DNA of 64,000 nucleotides. Origin: Myxococcota bacterium. GTDB lineage: Bacteria; Myxococcota_A; UBA9042; PHBI01; JAWLBL01. The position numbers and the translations under genes were made by a program. Of the stretch, positions 57,678-64,000 are shown in pieces (the stretch's first letter is position 1; each line of letters begins with the position of its first letter). The notes under the pieces were generated by a model. That model did no database searches, was not told where the DNA came from, and was given only the letters and a program-made list of their open reading frames with translations. The DNA lies in NCBI GenBank assembly GCA_041687695.1, contig JAWLBL010000003.1:296109-360108 (forward strand). The letters are read 5' to 3'.

Positions 57678-58733
57678 CTACTCGGCGGCGGCCGGCGCGC
57701 CCGGCTCGACCGTCACGTCGATGCTCTTCGAGATCGTGTTGTCCTCGACCTTCACCGACGGCGTCGCGCTGAACTGCAGGAACTTGCGGCCGTACTTCTC
57801 GCCCTCGGTGGGCTCGCCGAACTTGGCCTTCAGCAGCCCCAGGATCTCGTCCTTGGCGGCCGGGTGCGGCTCGTAGTCGACGCCGAAGCGGTAGCGCTCG
57901 ACCTTGCCGTCGTCCGACCAGGTCACGTTGACGCGCGTCCAGTAGCTGCCCCACTCGGTGGGCGGCAGGTCCAGGTGGACCGACGGCTTGGCGGCGCCCA
58001 GCGCGCTCAGATCCTTCTCGGCCATCTTCTCGATGGCCTTGCGCTGCTTCTCGGCCTCCTCCTTCGAGGTGGCCACGTAGTAGGCGGCGAAGGCCGTCTT
58101 CAGCTGCTCGTCGGTCGCGCCCAGGATCGCCTGGTCCTTCTCGAAGCCGAAGGGCACGCCCTTGTCCGCGCCGATGAGCTGGGCGGCCGGGACGTAGGGC
58201 GTCAGGACCAGATCCATGTCCTCGCCGAAGCCGTCCTTGAGCACCGCGCGGACGCCCGCCTCGGCGTTGAACCAGTGCTGCTGCTTCTTGCCCAGGTCCT
58301 CGCCCTCCTTGGGCTCACCCCAGGCGGCCTTCAGCGCGTCGAGCGCCCCGGCCTTCGGCAGCTTGACGGTCAGGCTCTGCAGCTTGCCGGTCTTCTTGGG
58401 GAAGTACGCGTCGAAGCTGACGCCCTCGTACTCCGCCGAGTCGACGCCCGGGTACTTGCCCTCGAACATCTCGGGGGCGGCGGCCTTGGCCTCCTCCTCG
58501 GTCATGCCGAACTTCAGCTTGGCGTGCGGGCCCTGCAGCTCGGGCGCCTTGCTGGTGAAGAAGCCCTCGAGGGTCTTCTTCTTCTCGGGGGCCTTCTTGT
58601 CGGCCTCGCCCTCGGCCTTCTCGCCGGCCGCCGGGGCCTCTTCCTTCTTGTCACAGGCGACGGGACCGGCGACGGCCAGCAGGGCCGCGCCACCGAGGGC
58701 CACCGCCCAGCGCTTCATCAGGTAGACGTTCAT
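57678..58733 (-). CDS. Lipoprotein with an internal two-domain duplication
   Basis: Lipobox PVAC; FGMTEEEAK..KAAWGEPKEG versus LGATDEQLK..KAKFGEPTEG. Confidence 0.78.
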   Translation of the reverse strand: MNVYLMKRWAVALGGAALLAVAGPVACDKKEEAPAAGEKAEGEADKKAPEKKKTLEGFFTSKAPELQGPHAKLKFGMTEEEAKAAAPEMFEGKYPGVDSAEYEGVSFDAYFPKKTGKLQSLTVKLPKAGALDALKAAWGEPKEGEDLGKKQQHWFNAEAGVRAVLKDGFGEDMDLVLTPYVPAAQLIGADKGVPFGFEKDQAILGATDEQLKTAFAAYYVATSKEEAEKQRKAIEKMAEKDLSALGAAKPSVHLDLPPTEWGSYWTRVNVTWSDDGKVERYRFGVDYEPHPAAKDEILGLLKAKFGEPTEGEKYGRKFLQFSATPSVKVEDNTISKSIDVTVEPGAPAAAE

Positions 58734-58851
58734 CGGAGTTCCTCACGGTGTGGGGTGTGTGGTGTGTGGTGTGACGAGCGGCGCGAGGCTGCAGAAGCCC
58801 ATCGCTCGCGTCAAGTCGCCCCCATCCCCCCCGTCACCGCCGAGACCCCGA

Positions 58852-60143
<1,292 letters not shown>

Positions 60144-60147
<4 letters not shown>

Positions 60148-61040
60148 GCTCCGATCGGATGCCAGGCGGTCTTCAGCTCGACGAACGGCAGGATCCAGTA
60201 CGGGCTCTGCATGTCGTCACCCAGCCAGCGCGGCGCGTCCGGGTCGTCCATGAAGTGGACCCGCTTGACGCTCTCGGCGCCGGCGGTCGCCAGCGCCTTT
60301 CGCTGCCCGTCCTGGCCGCCGAAGCACAGCACCGCGTCGATGTCCGCGTGGCTGCCGACGTGGCCCAGCAGCTCGGCCCGCTGGCCGGTCAGGATGTTGA
60401 CCACGCCGCCAGGCAGGTCGCTGGTCGCCAGCACCTCGGCCAGCTCGATGGCCAGGGTCGGCGCGGCGCTGTCGACCACGACGATGGCCGCGTTGCCCGA
60501 CACGATGACCGGCAGGATGGCCGAGACCAGCCCCGCCAGCGGCGCGTTCTGCGGCGCCAGCACGGTCACGACGCCCACGGGTTCGGGCGACGTGAAGTTG
60601 AAGTAGGGCGCCGAGACCGGGTTGGTCGACCCGAAGACCTGGGTGAACTTGTCCGCCCAGCCCGAGTACCAGACGACGCGGTCGATGGCGCAGTCCACCT
60701 CTGCGGTCGCCGCCTTGGGCGAGTAGCCGGCCAGCTCGACCAGGCCGCGCTCGAAGAGGGCGCGCCGCGCCTCGAGCATCTCGGCCATCCGGTACAGGAT
60801 CTGCCCGCGGTTGAAGGCGGTCCGCTTGCTCCAGCCCCCGAAGGCCTTGCGGGCGGCCAGCACCGCCTCGCGGAGATCTTTACGCGACGCGCGCGAGATG
60901 TCGGCCACGAAAGCCCCCTTCGCGTCCTGCACGGACAGGTAGCGCCCGCTCTCGGTGCGCGGGAACGCCCCGCCGATGAACAGCTTGTACGACTTGCGGA
61001 CGCCGATGCGGCCCGCCGCCGGTGCCTTGGCCGCCATCAC
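60144..61040 (-). CDS. Truncated aldehyde dehydrogenase-like protein (NAD-binding half only)
   Basis: YKLFIGGAFPRTESGR, GWADK, EPVGVV, LPGGVVNILTG; no ELGGK and no catalytic Cys. Confidence 0.85.
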
Positions 61041-62557
61041 TTGACCTCCAGGTAGGGGAGCAGCCCGTGGCGGCCGCCCTCACGGCCGAAGCCGCTCTCC
61101 TTGAAGCCCCCGAACGGGCTCGCCGGGTCGAACTTGTTGAAGGTGTTGCCCCACACGACGCCGGTCCGCACGGCGCCGGCCAGCTTGAACAGCTTGGCGC
61201 CCTTGTCGGTCCACACGCCGGTCGACAGGCCGTAGGGCGTGTTGTTCGCCTTCTCGACCGCCTCTTCCGGGGTCCGGAAGGTCAGGATGGACAGCACCGG
61301 GCCGAAGATCTCCTCCTGCGCGATGCGGTGCGCCTGCGTGACGCCCGTGAAGAAGGTCGGCGGGAAGAAGAAGCCCCGCTCGGGCAGCCGGCACGGGGTC
61401 GACCAGCGCTCGCCGCCTTCCTCTTCGCCCGCCGCGACCAGCCCGCGGATCTTGTCGAGCTGCATCTTCGAGTTGATGGCGCCGACGTCGGTGTTCTTGT
61501 CCATCGGGTCGCCGACCCGCAGCGTCGCCATCCGGTCCTTCAGGCGCGCCACCACCTCGTCGACCACGCTCTCCTGCACGATGAGGCGCGAGCCGGCGCA
61601 GCAGACGTGGCCCTGGTTGAAGAAGATGCCGTTGACGATGCCCTCGACCGCCTGGTCGAGCGCGGCGTCGGCGAAGATGATGTTGGCGCCCTTGCCGCCC
61701 AGCTCCAGCGTCAGCCGCTTCCTGGTCCCGGCGATGGTGCGCTGGATCAGCTTGCCGATGTGGGTCGACCCGGTGAAGGCCACCTTGTCGATGTCGGGGT
61801 GGTTGACCAGCGCCGCGCCGGTCGCGCCCGCGCCGTTGATGATGTTGACCACGCCCGGCGGGAGATCCGCTTCCTGAAGGATCTCGGCCAGCTTCATGGC
61901 CGTCAGCGGCGTCGTCTCGGCGGGCTTCAAGACGACCGTGTTGCCGGTAGCCAGCGCCGGGGCGATCTTCCAGGCCGCCATCAGCAGCGGGAAGTTCCAC
62001 GGGATGACCTGGCCGGCCACCCCCAGCGGCGCCGGGTTGGTGCCCGGGAAGGCGTACTCCAGCTTGTCGGCCCAGCCCGCGTAGTACATGAAGTGCGCGG
62101 CCGCCAGCGGCACGTCGATGTCGCGCGACTCGCGGATGGGCTTGCCGCCGTCCAGGGTCTCCAGCACGGCCAGCTCGCGGGCGCGGTCCTGGATCATCCG
62201 GGCGATGCGGTAGATGTATTTGGCGCGCTCGGCGCCCTTCATGCCCTTCCAATACTTGTCGTACGCCTGCCGGGCGGCCTGCACGGCGCGATCGACCGTC
62301 GCCTCGTCGGCGGCGGCCACCTCGGCCAGCACCTCTTCGGTGGCCGGGTTGATGGTCGGGAAGTAGTTGTCCCCGTCCACCAGCTCGCCCCCGATGAAGT
62401 GCCCGTAGCGCGAGCGGACCCGCACGTGGTCCTTCGACTCGGGGGCGGGCGCGTACTCCCACAGGTCGCCGAACAGCAGCGCGCGCGGGCTCGCCGGGGC
62501 GGCGTGCGCCTGCGACTCGGTCTCGGTCCTGGTCTCTTCGGTCACGGCAGCGCTCAT
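61037..62557 (-). CDS. Aldehyde dehydrogenase
   Basis: IPWNFP, FTGST, LELGGK, FFNQGHVCCAG, EEIFGP, PFGGFKESG. Confidence 0.95.
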   Translation of the reverse strand: MSAAVTEETRTETESQAHAAPASPRALLFGDLWEYAPAPESKDHVRVRSRYGHFIGGELVDGDNYFPTINPATEEVLAEVAAADEATVDRAVQAARQAYDKYWKGMKGAERAKYIYRIARMIQDRARELAVLETLDGGKPIRESRDIDVPLAAAHFMYYAGWADKLEYAFPGTNPAPLGVAGQVIPWNFPLLMAAWKIAPALATGNTVVLKPAETTPLTAMKLAEILQEADLPPGVVNIINGAGATGAALVNHPDIDKVAFTGSTHIGKLIQRTIAGTRKRLTLELGGKGANIIFADAALDQAVEGIVNGIFFNQGHVCCAGSRLIVQESVVDEVVARLKDRMATLRVGDPMDKNTDVGAINSKMQLDKIRGLVAAGEEEGGERWSTPCRLPERGFFFPPTFFTGVTQAHRIAQEEIFGPVLSILTFRTPEEAVEKANNTPYGLSTGVWTDKGAKLFKLAGAVRTGVVWGNTFNKFDPASPFGGFKESGFGREGGRHGLLPYLEVK

Positions 62558-62571
62558 CGTTCGAGATCCCC

Positions 62572-63477
62572 TCAGCTCAGGCTGAAGTCGCGCGGCGACT
62601 GGTAGCGGCCCGTGCGCTCTTTCTCGAGCTGCATCAGGACGTCGTTGAGCAGGCTCGACGCGCCGAAGCGGAACCAGTCCGCGCTCAGCCACGCGTCGCC
62701 CAGCGTCTCCTTGACCATGACCAGAAAGCGCAGCGCCTCCTTGGCCGTGCGGATGCCGCCCGCCGGCTTCATCCCCACCATCTTGCCGGTCGCCCGGAAG
62801 TGGTCGCGGATGGTCTCCAGCATGACCAGCGTCACCCCCAGCGTCGCCGCCGGCGTCACCTTGCCGGTGGACGTCTTGATGAAGTGCGCCCCCGCGTCGA
62901 TGGCGATCTGCGAGGCCAGCCGCGCGTTGTCATAGGTCTGCAGCTCGCCGGTCTCCAGGATCACCTTCAGGTGCGCAGGCCCGCAGACCTCCACCGTCGC
63001 CGCGACCTCGTCGAAGACCTTGCCGTACTCGCCGGCCAGGAAGGCCCCGCGGCTGATGACCATGTCGATCTCATCGGCGCCCAGCTCGACCGTGCGCCGC
63101 ACCTCGTCCAGCCGCTCGGCGAGCGTCGCCTGCCCGCTGGGGAAGTACGTCGCCACCGCGGCCACCTTGACGGTCGACCCGGCCAGCGCCCGCTTCGCCA
63201 CGGGCACCATCGTCGGGTACACGCACACCGCGGCCACCGGCGGCGCCGTCCCCGGCCCCTGCAGCGGCCGCACCGCCTTGGCGCACAGCGACTGCACCTT
63301 GCCGGGCGTGTCCATGCCCTCGAGCGTGGTCAGATCCATCATCGACACGGCCAGCTCGAGCCCAGCCACCTTGGCGCTGGTCTTGATGCTGCGCGTGTTG
63401 AGCCGCGCCACCCGCTCCTCGACCGCCACCTGGTCCACGCTCGGGACCCGCGGCGGCTCGTACCTCGTGCTCACCAT
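62572..63477 (-). CDS. deoC: Deoxyribose-phosphate aldolase
   Basis: DLTTLEG, GADEIDMVI, LKVILETGEL, FIKTSTGK, KPAGGIRT, RFGASSLL. Confidence 0.97.
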   Translation of the reverse strand: MVSTRYEPPRVPSVDQVAVEERVARLNTRSIKTSAKVAGLELAVSMMDLTTLEGMDTPGKVQSLCAKAVRPLQGPGTAPPVAAVCVYPTMVPVAKRALAGSTVKVAAVATYFPSGQATLAERLDEVRRTVELGADEIDMVISRGAFLAGEYGKVFDEVAATVEVCGPAHLKVILETGELQTYDNARLASQIAIDAGAHFIKTSTGKVTPAATLGVTLVMLETIRDHFRATGKMVGMKPAGGIRTAKEALRFLVMVKETLGDAWLSADWFRFGASSLLNDVLMQLEKERTGRYQSPRDFSLS

Positions 63478-63603
63478 GCCGACGCTCCACTTCCCCGAGC
63501 TCCCTCGCCCGGCGCGCCGACGAATACCACCCAACCCGCCCACTGACAACGCACCGCGCCACACCTGCGGCCCGACACCGGTCAGCCTCGGCGCGCGTTC
63601 GCC

Positions 63604-64000
63604 CCGGAGCACTCCAACTCAGGCCCAGCGCCCCCGGAGACGGAGTGCTCCAGCTTGCTGGAGCCCCCATCGCCGGCGGCTTGCCGCCGGGTACCCGCAC
63701 GACGCCCGGCGCAGCAAGCTGCGCCGCATCGGGGCTCCGGCAAGCCGGAGCACTCCATCCCGCCTGCCAGCGCCCCTCGGAGTGCTCCAGCTTGCTGGAG
63801 CCCCATCGCCGGCGGCTTGCCGCCGGGGCTGTGCCGCCGTCCCGGCGCAGCAAGCTGCGCCGCATCGGGGCTCCGGCAAGCCGGAGCACTCCATCCCGCC
63901 TGCCAGCGCCCCTCGGAGTGCTCCAGCTTGCTGGAGCCCCATCGCCGGCGGCTTGCCGCCGGGGCTGTGCCGCCGTCCCGGCGCAGCAAGCTGCGCCGCA
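63604..64000. repeat. REP/BIME-like palindromic tandem array, unit 136-137 bp, truncated by the window edge
   Basis: Units start at 63641, 63778 and 63914; each full unit holds four hairpins with a GCTTGC/GCAAGC core; outer pair carries a GGAGT tail. Confidence 0.88.

Noticed and set aside
63582..63989. ORFs across the repeat array
   Set aside because: They simply translate the palindromic repeats; no coding signal.
63604..64000. CRISPR array
   Set aside because: Unit is ~136 bp, units 2 and 3 are identical with no unique spacers, and there are no cas genes in the window; REP-like instead.

Overview
Very GC-rich bacterial chromosomal segment. The many Cys-rich lipoproteins, a MYXO-CTERM-like tail, a DUF4388/J-domain/TPR protein and a hybrid CheA suggest Myxococcota or a related deltaproteobacterium (inference). 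Contents in order: a glyQ-glyS-ppdK operon running into three surface lipoproteins; DedA, sod and a Na+/H+ antiporter; an APS reductase fused to an N-terminal CxxC domain; thrS with a divergent SEDS-like gene; two B-box membrane genes; a KamA radical SAM enzyme; a crotonase; a phosphomutase; a Septu-like AAA-ATPase + HNH pair; a complete Pho locus (phoB-phoR-porin-pstSCAB-phoU) with visible PHO boxes; sixA; a minimal cheW-MCP-cheA cluster; a three-gene hybrid-kinase relay with a globin-like sensor; secreted Cys-rich proteins; a desaturase; a deoC-ALDH-half ALDH-pdp operon; and a REP-like palindromic tandem array running off the right edge. The most striking feature is the ATPase+HNH cassette: it has no integrase, is bracketed by a 17-bp perfect direct repeat that duplicates the phoU 3' end, and appears appended to the phosphate-starvation operon. 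No rRNA, tRNA, CRISPR array, transposase or integrase was seen. Products were assigned from motifs read by eye; no database searches were run.
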